This document shows positions 9,520 to 17,639 of a stretch of DNA of 64,000 nt, piece after piece. The position numbers and the translations under genes are program-made. The stretch covers positions 62,362 through 126,361 of IMG/VR virus record IMGVR_UViG_3300021389_000005. One strand, given 5' to 3'. The notes under the pieces were generated by a model. That model did no database searches and was not told the origin of the DNA. It worked only from the letters and a program-made list of their open reading frames with translations. This DNA comes from a virus. Each line of letters starts with the position of its first letter. Position 1 is the first letter of the stretch.

Positions 9520-9572
9520 AAAATAAAGGTGTGGTTAAATCCACGCTTTAGGACCGGGATAGTTCTCGGAAC

Positions 9573-9611
9573 GAGGCCAGACGTATCGCTACTGTCTGGC
9601 CTCACTTTTTT
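9573..9611 (+). terminator. rho-independent terminator after nrdA
   Basis: 10-bp stem GAGGCCAGAC/GTCTGGCCTC followed by a T6 run. Confidence 0.75.
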
Positions 9612-9663
9612 AGCACCAATTATCATATTAACAATTTAAGGTTAATAAAATTAGATAAAATGT

Positions 9664-9690
9664 GAAACCTTTTTTATTTAATGGGTATAA
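9664..9690 (+). promoter_or_regulatory. putative middle promoter GAAAC-N17-TATAA
   Basis: The motif recurs with 17-nt spacing at 10312, 12721, 21669, 49042, 58529 and 61236. Confidence 0.65.
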
Positions 9691-9834
9691 TAGTCCAATT
9701 AACAAAGAAAAATGAACACAATTTCATTATACTTATTAACAAAGTCTGCTAAAAATTACAGCAGCACGTCTATTTTTACTCCTAGAACTGTTATCACAGA
9801 CTAATAGACTTATTTTAACCAAAACAATTTTAAT

Positions 9835-10251
9835 ATGAAAAATTTTATTTTAACATTAGCCCTTGCGGCTTTAACGACATTCGGTGCTAATGCACAGAAT
9901 ACAAAAGGTGACTGGTACGTAGGTACTGGCGATATTGCTAACACGGCTTGGACTGAACTATCAATCCAACCAACAATCGGATATGCATTCTCTGACAACT
10001 ATATGGTTGGAATGAGTGTTGCACAGGCTGATTCAACTGAAGACATGGTCTTAGGTCTAGAAGGAAGATATTTCCACAAAGGATTCTTTGGATATGTAGC
10101 ACTAAACGATTTTGATTTTGATCAACTTCAATTAGGTGTAGGTAAAATGTTCGCGTTCCATAAAGGATCTATGTTTGTAGATCCAAAGATCGTTTACGAT
10201 TTAGGAATGGAAACAACGAACCTTCAAATCGGATTTGGTTTAAAGTTCTAA
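9835..10251 (+). CDS. outer-membrane beta-barrel protein (Bacteroidota OMP-like)
   Basis: Signal peptide MKNFILTLALAALTTFGANA-Q, alternating amphipathic strands (PTIGYAFSDNYMVG, GRYF) and C-terminal IGFGLKF with terminal Phe. Confidence 0.8.
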   Translation: MKNFILTLALAALTTFGANAQNTKGDWYVGTGDIANTAWTELSIQPTIGYAFSDNYMVGMSVAQADSTEDMVLGLEGRYFHKGFFGYVALNDFDFDQLQLGVGKMFAFHKGSMFVDPKIVYDLGMETTNLQIGFGLKF

Positions 10252-10276
10252 ACTAAAACTGATTTGGTTAAAAGTT

Positions 10277-10309
10277 AAGCCCAAGTTTCTAGGATCTTGG
10301 GCTTTTTTT
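10277..10309 (+). terminator. rho-independent terminator
   Basis: AAGCCCAAG/CTTGGGCTT stem followed by a T run. Confidence 0.8.
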
Positions 10310-10311
10310 AT

Positions 10312-10338
10312 GAAACCTTTCGAAGCAATTCTATATAA
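10312..10338 (+). promoter_or_regulatory. putative middle promoter GAAAC-N17-TATAA
   Basis: Exact motif and spacing, upstream of the clamp-like gene and the polymerase C-subunit. Confidence 0.65.
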
Positions 10339-10368
10339 TAATAAATCATTATCAAAAAACAAATAATT

Positions 10369-11112
10369 ATGAAACTTAAATTAGATCGTATTGACCAGCA
10401 TGCTTTAACAGCATTCATCAACCGAGTAAAGCCAATTGATTCTTTCATCTATATGAAAATTGCAGATGGAACAATTAATTCAACAGTTTATCTTCCACAA
10501 AGAGATGCAGTAAAACATCATTCTGTAGAAGCTAGCACCATTTTTCAAGTAGAAGCATGGCCAGAAACTGACAAAGAAATGAAAATTGCATTCTTTGAGG
10601 GAAACAAAGTTATTGAAGCTATTAAGCACTTCGATGCAGACGCAATTAAAGGTGAAATTGAATTCATCGAAAACGACAACGAATTAGTAGCAGCTTCGCT
10701 ACGTATTTTTAATGACGAACTAGAAATTACTCTAGCTTGTTCAGAACCATCACTTGGCTTTAAAGATCTTACTCAAGAGCAAATTGATGTAATCTTTGCA
10801 AAAGAAGATAGTAAGTTTGACTTTAGCTTTGACACTCACATGATTGGTAAAGTTAAAAACTTATTTTCACTTGACAAAGACGAAACATTTAGTATTAAAT
10901 CTGATGTTTCAGGTGTAAGTGTAAGTGGTAAATCATTTAGTGTTGTTATCAATCCAGATACAAGCGGAAATGGTGAAGTTACAGTATACAAAAAATACTT
11001 AAGCTTGCTTGACAAAGATGAACAAACAGTATATGTTTCAGGGTCAAAAGTTGTATTCAACTCAAATGACACAAACACATTACTAACAGTTTCAACTTGT
11101 CAAACAGCATAG
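10369..11112 (+). CDS. probable sliding clamp (gp45-like)
   Basis: 247 aa with a two-domain alpha/beta pattern, directly upstream of the polymerase subunit. No diagnostic motif was seen. Confidence 0.5.
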   Translation: MKLKLDRIDQHALTAFINRVKPIDSFIYMKIADGTINSTVYLPQRDAVKHHSVEASTIFQVEAWPETDKEMKIAFFEGNKVIEAIKHFDADAIKGEIEFIENDNELVAASLRIFNDELEITLACSEPSLGFKDLTQEQIDVIFAKEDSKFDFSFDTHMIGKVKNLFSLDKDETFSIKSDVSGVSVSGKSFSVVINPDTSGNGEVTVYKKYLSLLDKDEQTVYVSGSKVVFNSNDTNTLLTVSTCQTA

Positions 11113-11113
11113 T

Positions 11114-12322
11114 ATGAATATCGAAGAGCTAGAAAATAAATCTATCGAGGAATTAAATGATAATGAGGCGAAGCTGCTTGTAGATCACTACAAGCAGCTT
11201 TCAGCCAAATACACTGCATATGAACAAGCAGTTAAGTTAACACTAAACTCGATCTACGGAGCCTTCGGTAATAAGTGGTTCCACTTTTTTAATATTGACA
11301 TTGCCGAGTCAATTACAAAACAAGGTAAAAACGCAATTCTTTATTCAGAAACTATTCTCAACAAATATGTTAATGAGTTTTGGCACAAAGATGCTGCAGT
11401 ACATTCTCACTTTGGAATTAAAGTAAAAGGTAAAATAGAAAAGCCAGCAGTAATTTATATTGATACAGATTCATGTTATGTACAGTTTCAAGATTTATAT
11501 GAATCTATAATTTGGCCAGAAGAAACAGAGAAAATGGAAATCGATGTGTTTATTTTAGCACTTTATGGTTTCAGACTTAGAGATTACATTACTAAGTGTA
11601 TGGAGAAATATGCAGATAAAAGAAACTCAGATAATTATTTGATGTTTGAATTAGAAGCGCTTGCATATAATGGTATTTGGATGTCTAAGAAAAAGTATAT
11701 TCAGAACATTGCATGGGATGATAAATTAGAAACCACAGACAGGCATACTTCATTAAAGAAAATTAAAACAATTGGTTTTGATACTATTCAATCATCTACG
11801 CCTAAATTTGCAAGAGAGAAACTAGTTGAAGCTCTTAAAATTATATTTAAAAGTAGAGTAACTCCAACAGCAGAAGATCTTCAAACATTAGTTGTTTTCA
11901 TGAAAGAAACAAAAAAGCAATTTAAACTTGCAGATATTGACGAGATTTCTTTTAATAGAAGGACTAACAATATTGACAAATATATTGTTGATGATCAGAA
12001 AGAATTTCAAATAGGTCTAAAATGTCCAGCAAACGTTAAAGCAGCCGGATATTACAATTACTTATTGAATAACAATAAAAAATATAAAAACAAATATAAG
12101 GTTATCGGTAACGGTGAAAAACTAAAGATCTACAATTGTAAATCACCAATATCTGAAGTATATGCATATATGCCAGGAGATCATCCTTATGAAATTGCAC
12201 CAGAAATTGATTACGATACTCAATTTGAAAAAGCAATGATCGATCCTCTTAATAGAGTATTAACAGCGATTGGTCTACAAACACTAGATACTAACCTAAT
12301 TTACGCATCGTCGTTATTTTAA
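11114..12322 (+). CDS. gp43B: family B DNA polymerase, C-terminal subunit (motifs B and C, thumb; gp43B-like)
   Basis: Motif B QAVKLTLNSIYGAFGN, AESITKQG, motif C YIDTDS, KKKY, SSTP and C-terminal clamp-binding-like SSLF. Confidence 0.9.
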   Translation: MNIEELENKSIEELNDNEAKLLVDHYKQLSAKYTAYEQAVKLTLNSIYGAFGNKWFHFFNIDIAESITKQGKNAILYSETILNKYVNEFWHKDAAVHSHFGIKVKGKIEKPAVIYIDTDSCYVQFQDLYESIIWPEETEKMEIDVFILALYGFRLRDYITKCMEKYADKRNSDNYLMFELEALAYNGIWMSKKKYIQNIAWDDKLETTDRHTSLKKIKTIGFDTIQSSTPKFAREKLVEALKIIFKSRVTPTAEDLQTLVVFMKETKKQFKLADIDEISFNRRTNNIDKYIVDDQKEFQIGLKCPANVKAAGYYNYLLNNNKKYKNKYKVIGNGEKLKIYNCKSPISEVYAYMPGDHPYEIAPEIDYDTQFEKAMIDPLNRVLTAIGLQTLDTNLIYASSLF

Positions 12323-12333
12323 AAAGAATTATT

Positions 12334-12492
12334 ATGACACCAACATTTTACGAAACTATTTTGAGTTTAACAAAGCAAACACCAAATGACATGGAACTGG
12401 GTAATGCTCTTAGAAGATTAATTTGGAAGATAGAAACAGCAGAAGCTGCAGATCCAAACCAATTAACAATAAAATTTCCACAAGACAAATAA
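12334..12492 (+). CDS. small hypothetical protein (52 aa)
   Basis: Read manually (MTPTFYETILSLTKQTPNDMELGNALRR...). It fills the gap between two genes. Confidence 0.6.
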   Translation: MTPTFYETILSLTKQTPNDMELGNALRRLIWKIETAEAADPNQLTIKFPQDK

Positions 12493-12493
12493 C

Positions 12494-12703
12494 ATGCACG
12501 TAGAATTAACAGATAGGCAAAAAGAATACGTCGAACAATATCAATTTATTCTTAATAGACTTGGCCAAATACAAGAGGATCTTGCTGAATTGGGAAAAGA
12601 ATCATCTAGTCTTATAACAAGATTGCAAGAAATAAGAGACGCTGAATCTGTAGAATTTCCAAACTCAAATTTAATAGAAACTCTTAAAGAAGCCGACGAA
12701 TAA
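12494..12703 (+). CDS. hypothetical coiled-coil protein
   Basis: ORF track; heptad pattern. Confidence 0.6.
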   Translation: MHVELTDRQKEYVEQYQFILNRLGQIQEDLAELGKESSSLITRLQEIRDAESVEFPNSNLIETLKEADE

Positions 12704-12715
12704 GTCGGTTTTTTT
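12691..12715 (+). terminator. rho-independent terminator
   Basis: AGCCGAC/GTCGGTT stem followed by a T run. Confidence 0.65.
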
Positions 12716-12720
12716 ATTTA

Positions 12721-12747
12721 GAAACAAAATAGGTTATTGTGATATAA
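12721..12747 (+). promoter_or_regulatory. putative middle promoter GAAAC-N17-TATAA
   Basis: Exact motif upstream of uvsX. Confidence 0.65.
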
Positions 12748-12770
12748 CCTTAAACAAAAAGTATAATTAC

Positions 12771-13880
12771 ATGGCAAAGAAAGATTTTAGTTTTGAAGAC
12801 ATAAACTCAGAGTTAAAGACATTAAATCCAATGGGATCAATTATGGCTGACTCTACATTTAGTGAAGTTACAGAATGGATAGACACTGGTAACTATCACT
12901 TAAACGCATGTGTTAGTGGTTCACTATTCGGTGGATGGCCTAACAGTAGAACATGTTCAATAGCAGGACCATCAGGAACAGGTAAAACATTCTTAGTGTT
13001 GAATTCTGTTAGAAAGGCAATCGAAATGGGGTATAATGTAATATACTTTGATTCTGAAGCAGCTGTTGATAAAGATCAGATGGAAAAGTTTGGAATTGAC
13101 GTAACAAAAGTTAATTACCAGCCAATTAACACTGTTCAAGAATTTAGAACATCAGTTACTACACTTACTAGCAAAATGCAAGAAGTAAAACGTAATGGTG
13201 GAAAAACACCAAAGATCATGATGATTCTTGATTCTGCAGGTAACTTGGCAACACAAAAAGAAATTGACGATGCAAGATCAGGATCTGAGAAAGCAGATAT
13301 GACCAGATCTAAGGTTTTAAAATCTATTTTTAGAATCATCATGACACCATTGGCAGATCTTAAGATACCTTTTATTTTTACTAATCACACATATCAGACT
13401 CAAGACTTTATCTCAAGACAAGTCGCTGGTGGTGGAACTGGACCAGAATATGCAGCATCTATTGTTTTATATCTAGGAAAGGCACAGCTTAAAGAATCTA
13501 GTGGTGAAAAAGCAGGTATTATAGTAACAGCAAAACCTAACAAAAACAGATTCGCAAAGCCACACAATATTAAATTCCATTTACATTTTACTGAAGGTAT
13601 GAATGCATATGTCGGACTAGAACAATATATTGATTGGGAAGATATAGGTATTACTAAAGGTGTAATTGAAAAGGGTGAGAAGATCCCTAAGGCAACTTCA
13701 AGAAATTGGATCTGTAAGCATTTGGACAAAACAGTGCCTAACAAAGAATTCTTTTCAGAAAAAGTATTTACTCAAGAAGTCTTAGAGAAAATTGAAGAAA
13801 AGATTAAACACGTATTTAATTACAACACTGAAGAAAGAGAAATAGATTTAGATTCAATATTAGAAGAAGATGCAAATTAA
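12771..13880 (+). CDS. uvsX: RecA-like recombinase
   Basis: IDTGNYHLN, Walker A GPSGTGKT, YFDSE, ILDSAGNL, FTNHTY and GGGTGPEYAAS. Confidence 0.92.
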   Translation: MAKKDFSFEDINSELKTLNPMGSIMADSTFSEVTEWIDTGNYHLNACVSGSLFGGWPNSRTCSIAGPSGTGKTFLVLNSVRKAIEMGYNVIYFDSEAAVDKDQMEKFGIDVTKVNYQPINTVQEFRTSVTTLTSKMQEVKRNGGKTPKIMMILDSAGNLATQKEIDDARSGSEKADMTRSKVLKSIFRIIMTPLADLKIPFIFTNHTYQTQDFISRQVAGGGTGPEYAASIVLYLGKAQLKESSGEKAGIIVTAKPNKNRFAKPHNIKFHLHFTEGMNAYVGLEQYIDWEDIGITKGVIEKGEKIPKATSRNWICKHLDKTVPNKEFFSEKVFTQEVLEKIEEKIKHVFNYNTEEREIDLDSILEEDAN

Positions 13881-14169
13881 CCAGGATAATCTACCCATAA
13901 AATACATTATGGGCATTGAAAAAGATTTACCTGAATATCCAACCGGCTTCGATATACTTTACAAAGAGATTCAATTGTGTGTTAGAATGCCAGATAGACA
14001 TAAAGGCAACTTTACACTACATGCTCTAAAAACCTATAGGTTCCAAGAAACAGAAGAGTCTAAATTATTAGATTCTATAAATGATCTAATAAACTTAGGT
14101 ATAGTAGAAACAGTAAACACTGAGAAAGGTAAACTTTCTTGGAAAATAATTCAAAATCCATTCCAATGA
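13870..14169 (+). CDS. hypothetical protein (possible winged helix)
   Basis: ORF track; LLDSINDLINLGIVE followed by a beta hairpin. Confidence 0.5.
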   Translation: MQINQDNLPIKYIMGIEKDLPEYPTGFDILYKEIQLCVRMPDRHKGNFTLHALKTYRFQETEESKLLDSINDLINLGIVETVNTEKGKLSWKIIQNPFQ

Positions 14170-14750
14170 TAGCAGTATTTGATAATTTTATAAAAGATGA
14201 ATCTCTTTTAGCAGAGATAAGATCCAACATACCATATTTATTTAATGATCCAGGTGTATACAAGTGGTATGACGGATGGTTTAATAATTCTCCTGCAAAT
14301 AATACTGCAAAGAAAATAATTAAACAGATATGGGCCGATAATTGTCCAATAACTGAAACATTCAATATTTCAGGTTTTGAATATTGGACCGGAATTCAAG
14401 AAGCTAAAGGAATGAGCGATGAATGGGAAGATAATTTAGAAATGCATTTTGATAAAGATGAAGCTTGGTTTGAAAAAACAGGAGAAGTAAAAGCACCCAT
14501 AATAGGTTCTATTTATTATCCAGACCAAGAAGAATTTGAAGGAGGCATGCTAGAAATTTATACTAATGGTGAAGAGAATCCGCCTGAAATTGTTTACGCA
14601 AAACCAAATAGATTAATAATATTCAACGCAGGAAAAGATGTACATAGGGTTACAGTTGTTACAAAAGGCCAAAGGCTGGCAATTGCCATAAATTTATGGG
14701 AAGAAATACCTTATAGTAAACAAATCGGTAGGTTTAACATAGAAGGATAA
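14166..14750 (+). CDS. 2OG-Fe(II) oxygenase (prolyl-hydroxylase-like)
   Basis: HFD (HxD), FEGGMLEI, PNRLIIF and HRVTVVTKGQRLAIAINLW. The ATG at 14166 overlaps the upstream stop. Confidence 0.85.
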   Translation: MIAVFDNFIKDESLLAEIRSNIPYLFNDPGVYKWYDGWFNNSPANNTAKKIIKQIWADNCPITETFNISGFEYWTGIQEAKGMSDEWEDNLEMHFDKDEAWFEKTGEVKAPIIGSIYYPDQEEFEGGMLEIYTNGEENPPEIVYAKPNRLIIFNAGKDVHRVTVVTKGQRLAIAINLWEEIPYSKQIGRFNIEG

Positions 14751-14760
14751 ACAATAATAT

Positions 14761-16077
14761 ATGCAATTCGGTCAAGATTTTGAAAAAATATTCTTTAGGT
14801 TATCTTTAGTAAAGCCTAAATACTTACAAGCTATTAATAAAGGCTTTTATACATCTGAAGAGATAGATCTATTAAGTTATTTGTCTAATAAGTTTTATGA
14901 TAAATTTCATGAGACTCCAAGTAAAGATCAATTATGGCTATTAATAGGCAGACATCCAAGAGCTAAAGAAAAAATTAATGAAGATTTACTAGATTTAGTT
15001 TTTAAAACAGATCTTGATCAATACGATGAAGAATGGTTAACTACTACAGCTGAATCTTGGATCAAATGGCGCACATTTGACACTACACTAATAGATACTA
15101 TAGAATTTATTAAGACTACTAAGGTAACACCTGAGAACGCAGATACTGTGATCCAAAAGGTTAAAAGTCTTATTAATGATAGAAACAATATATCATTCAA
15201 CTCTGATCTTGGTCTAGATTTCTTTGATGTTGATGCACATGATCAAAAAGAAACAGAAAAGGTAAGCTCAGGATATAACTTTATAGATAGAATGCTAGGA
15301 GGTGGATATGATAAGGGAGGTAATCTTATTGTATATGCAGGTGAACAAAACATCGGTAAGTCAATATACTTGGCAAACGATGCAGCTAACTTTGTAAAAA
15401 TGGGAACCAATACTGTAGTAATTACCGCAGAAATGGCTGCACATAAATTTGTAAAAAGAATTGGATCAAATTTACTTAGTGTTAATATCAGTGAATATCC
15501 AGAAAAAGCAAAGAATAAAGATCACATTAAAAGAAGATTAGAAACCGTTGGTGATGGATTTACACCACCTGGACAATTATTCATTAAGCAAATGCCAACA
15601 TCTCAGGCTACAGTATTAGATATTGAAGCATATGTTAGTCAAATTGAAGAAGAGCGTCAAATAAAAGTTGGTGCAGTAGTAATTGATTATATCAATATTC
15701 TTGCCAATTATAGAAATCTAAATACTGAAAATACTTATATGAAGATCAAGCAGATTGCAGAAGATCTTAGAGCTATGGGTATTAGAAATGATTGGTTAAT
15801 AGTTACTGCAACGCAGATAAACAGAAATGGCTATAACTCATCAGATATTACAATGACAGATATTGCAGAATCAGCTGGACTTTCTCATACAGCAGATATA
15901 ATGTTTGGTATTATTCAAGATGATTTAATGAGAGCAAATTCAGAGTATTGGCTAAAGGTCTTAAAGATCAGAGATGGTGAAGGTAAGGGTACCAAATGTA
16001 AATTGAATATTAATTGGAATTACATGAGGCTTATTGAGACAGATGACATTACTAATTCAAATTTACACGGAATATAA
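14761..16077 (+). CDS. gp41: replicative DnaB-like helicase
   Basis: GEQNIGKS, ITAEMA, VIDYINI, TATQINR and AESAGLSHTAD. Confidence 0.92.
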   Translation: MQFGQDFEKIFFRLSLVKPKYLQAINKGFYTSEEIDLLSYLSNKFYDKFHETPSKDQLWLLIGRHPRAKEKINEDLLDLVFKTDLDQYDEEWLTTTAESWIKWRTFDTTLIDTIEFIKTTKVTPENADTVIQKVKSLINDRNNISFNSDLGLDFFDVDAHDQKETEKVSSGYNFIDRMLGGGYDKGGNLIVYAGEQNIGKSIYLANDAANFVKMGTNTVVITAEMAAHKFVKRIGSNLLSVNISEYPEKAKNKDHIKRRLETVGDGFTPPGQLFIKQMPTSQATVLDIEAYVSQIEEERQIKVGAVVIDYINILANYRNLNTENTYMKIKQIAEDLRAMGIRNDWLIVTATQINRNGYNSSDITMTDIAESAGLSHTADIMFGIIQDDLMRANSEYWLKVLKIRDGEGKGTKCKLNINWNYMRLIETDDITNSNLHGI

Positions 16078-16086
16078 AAAACAACT

Positions 16087-16524
16087 ATGGCAGCAAACGA
16101 CAAAATATTTAATAATTCATTCGACTCACCCGACTTCGAATTAACAGACATAACTTTTGATTTAGATCCATCTTTTAAAGATAATCGAGATGAAGAAATA
16201 AAAATTCATTTCGAAATGATATCTACTAAGATTCATGAACTAATTGAAACATCTAGATTTAAAAGCTTTAATAAAGTAGATGATTTGGGAAGATGTAATA
16301 AACTAAAGAAATCTGATATCAACGATGTATACGGATATATCTCAGACGAGATGGCTGCTAAATTTAGCCGTATAGATTTATTCAGTGAACTTTGTGTTTA
16401 TTTCGATATTAACCCAACCAAATTTTATAGCTCGCTCTCTAACGTATATAAAGAAGATCTTATACAAGAATTAGATAAGAAAACAGGAATTTTAGGAAAA
16501 AAGAACATTAATAAATTATTTTAA
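16087..16524 (+). CDS. possible late transcription co-activator (gp33-like)
   Basis: The C-terminal IDLFSELCVYFDINPTKFYSSLSNVYKEDLIQEL resembles the gp33 core (YIDAI..YCEE..IE.E....LIS..LKEKI..EA). Confidence 0.4.
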   Translation: MAANDKIFNNSFDSPDFELTDITFDLDPSFKDNRDEEIKIHFEMISTKIHELIETSRFKSFNKVDDLGRCNKLKKSDINDVYGYISDEMAAKFSRIDLFSELCVYFDINPTKFYSSLSNVYKEDLIQELDKKTGILGKKNINKLF

Positions 16525-17639
16525 TGATTGATCAAAAGACGTTAGGTCAAGAGGTCAATAGAGTTTGGGTTCTTGGCGATTTACATTTTGGTGTAAGAGC
16601 CAATTCAATGGAGTGGTTAGATATTCAAAAAGATTTCTTTGAGAATTTATTTATACCTACATTAAAGGAACACGTAAAGCCTGGAGATGTTCTAGTACAA
16701 GTAGGCGATACATTTGATAATAGACAATCAATCAATATCAAAGTATTAAATTATGCAGTTAATCTATTTGAAAGACTAGGTGAAATATTGCCAGTCCATA
16801 TTATATGTGGTAATCACGATATATGGGCTAAAAAATCGAATGAGATAACATCAATCGATAGTTTAAAATGGATTCCTAATGTTCAAATCTATAAAGAACC
16901 TGAATTATTAAATTGGAATAATAGAAAGATATTAATGATGCCATGGAGAAGAGACGCAGAGCATGAAACTCAAACTCTAGCAGATTTCCCACAAACAGAT
17001 ATTGTATTTTGTCATTCTGAGGTTAAGGGCATTTATCTTAACGCTAAAGTTAAGAACGAACATGGTACAGATTCTAATGTATATGATAAATACACACGAG
17101 TATACTCAGGACACATCCACTTTAGACAAGAACGTGGTAAGTTATTAATGGTTGGAACACCATATCAGTTGACCAGATCTGACGCAAATAACTCTAAGGG
17201 CTTTGATCTTGTAGATTTATCAAATATGGAAGAATCATTTTTTGAGAATCATATTTCCCCCAAATTTCTTAAGTACAATGTAACACAATTATTTGACATT
17301 ACTTTAGGAACGTTCAAATCACAAATTAAAAATAATTTTGTTGATTTATTTGTACCCAGCCAGATAGCTACGACAAATGCACTTAGTCAATTGATTAATA
17401 AAATACAACACATTAGTCGTAAATTAGAGCCAAATATTTATCAAGAAGAAAATTACATTGATAAAGACTTTCATGACATAGAAGAAATAGAAGAGATGTA
17501 TAAAAATTACAATATCTTAAATCTATGTGATATGTATGTTGATAGCATTGGCGATGATGAAGAGATGAAACAAAAGCTTAAAGCAAAGTTAAAACAATTG
17601 TACACTCAATGTGCATACAACTACGATACTGAAGCATGA
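16524..17639 (+). CDS. gp47: Mre11/SbcD-like recombination nuclease
   Basis: GDLHFG, GDTFDNR, GNHD and SGHIH. Confidence 0.92.
   Translation: MIDQKTLGQEVNRVWVLGDLHFGVRANSMEWLDIQKDFFENLFIPTLKEHVKPGDVLVQVGDTFDNRQSINIKVLNYAVNLFERLGEILPVHIICGNHDIWAKKSNEITSIDSLKWIPNVQIYKEPELLNWNNRKILMMPWRRDAEHETQTLADFPQTDIVFCHSEVKGIYLNAKVKNEHGTDSNVYDKYTRVYSGHIHFRQERGKLLMVGTPYQLTRSDANNSKGFDLVDLSNMEESFFENHISPKFLKYNVTQLFDITLGTFKSQIKNNFVDLFVPSQIATTNALSQLINKIQHISRKLEPNIYQEENYIDKDFHDIEEIEEMYKNYNILNLCDMYVDSIGDDEEMKQKLKAKLKQLYTQCAYNYDTEA

Noticed and set aside
6400-11250. Split intein or intron joining the polymerase halves
   Set aside because: There are no intein N- or C-terminal motifs at the split ends, and the intervening DNA consists of ordinary genes with their own promoters and terminators.
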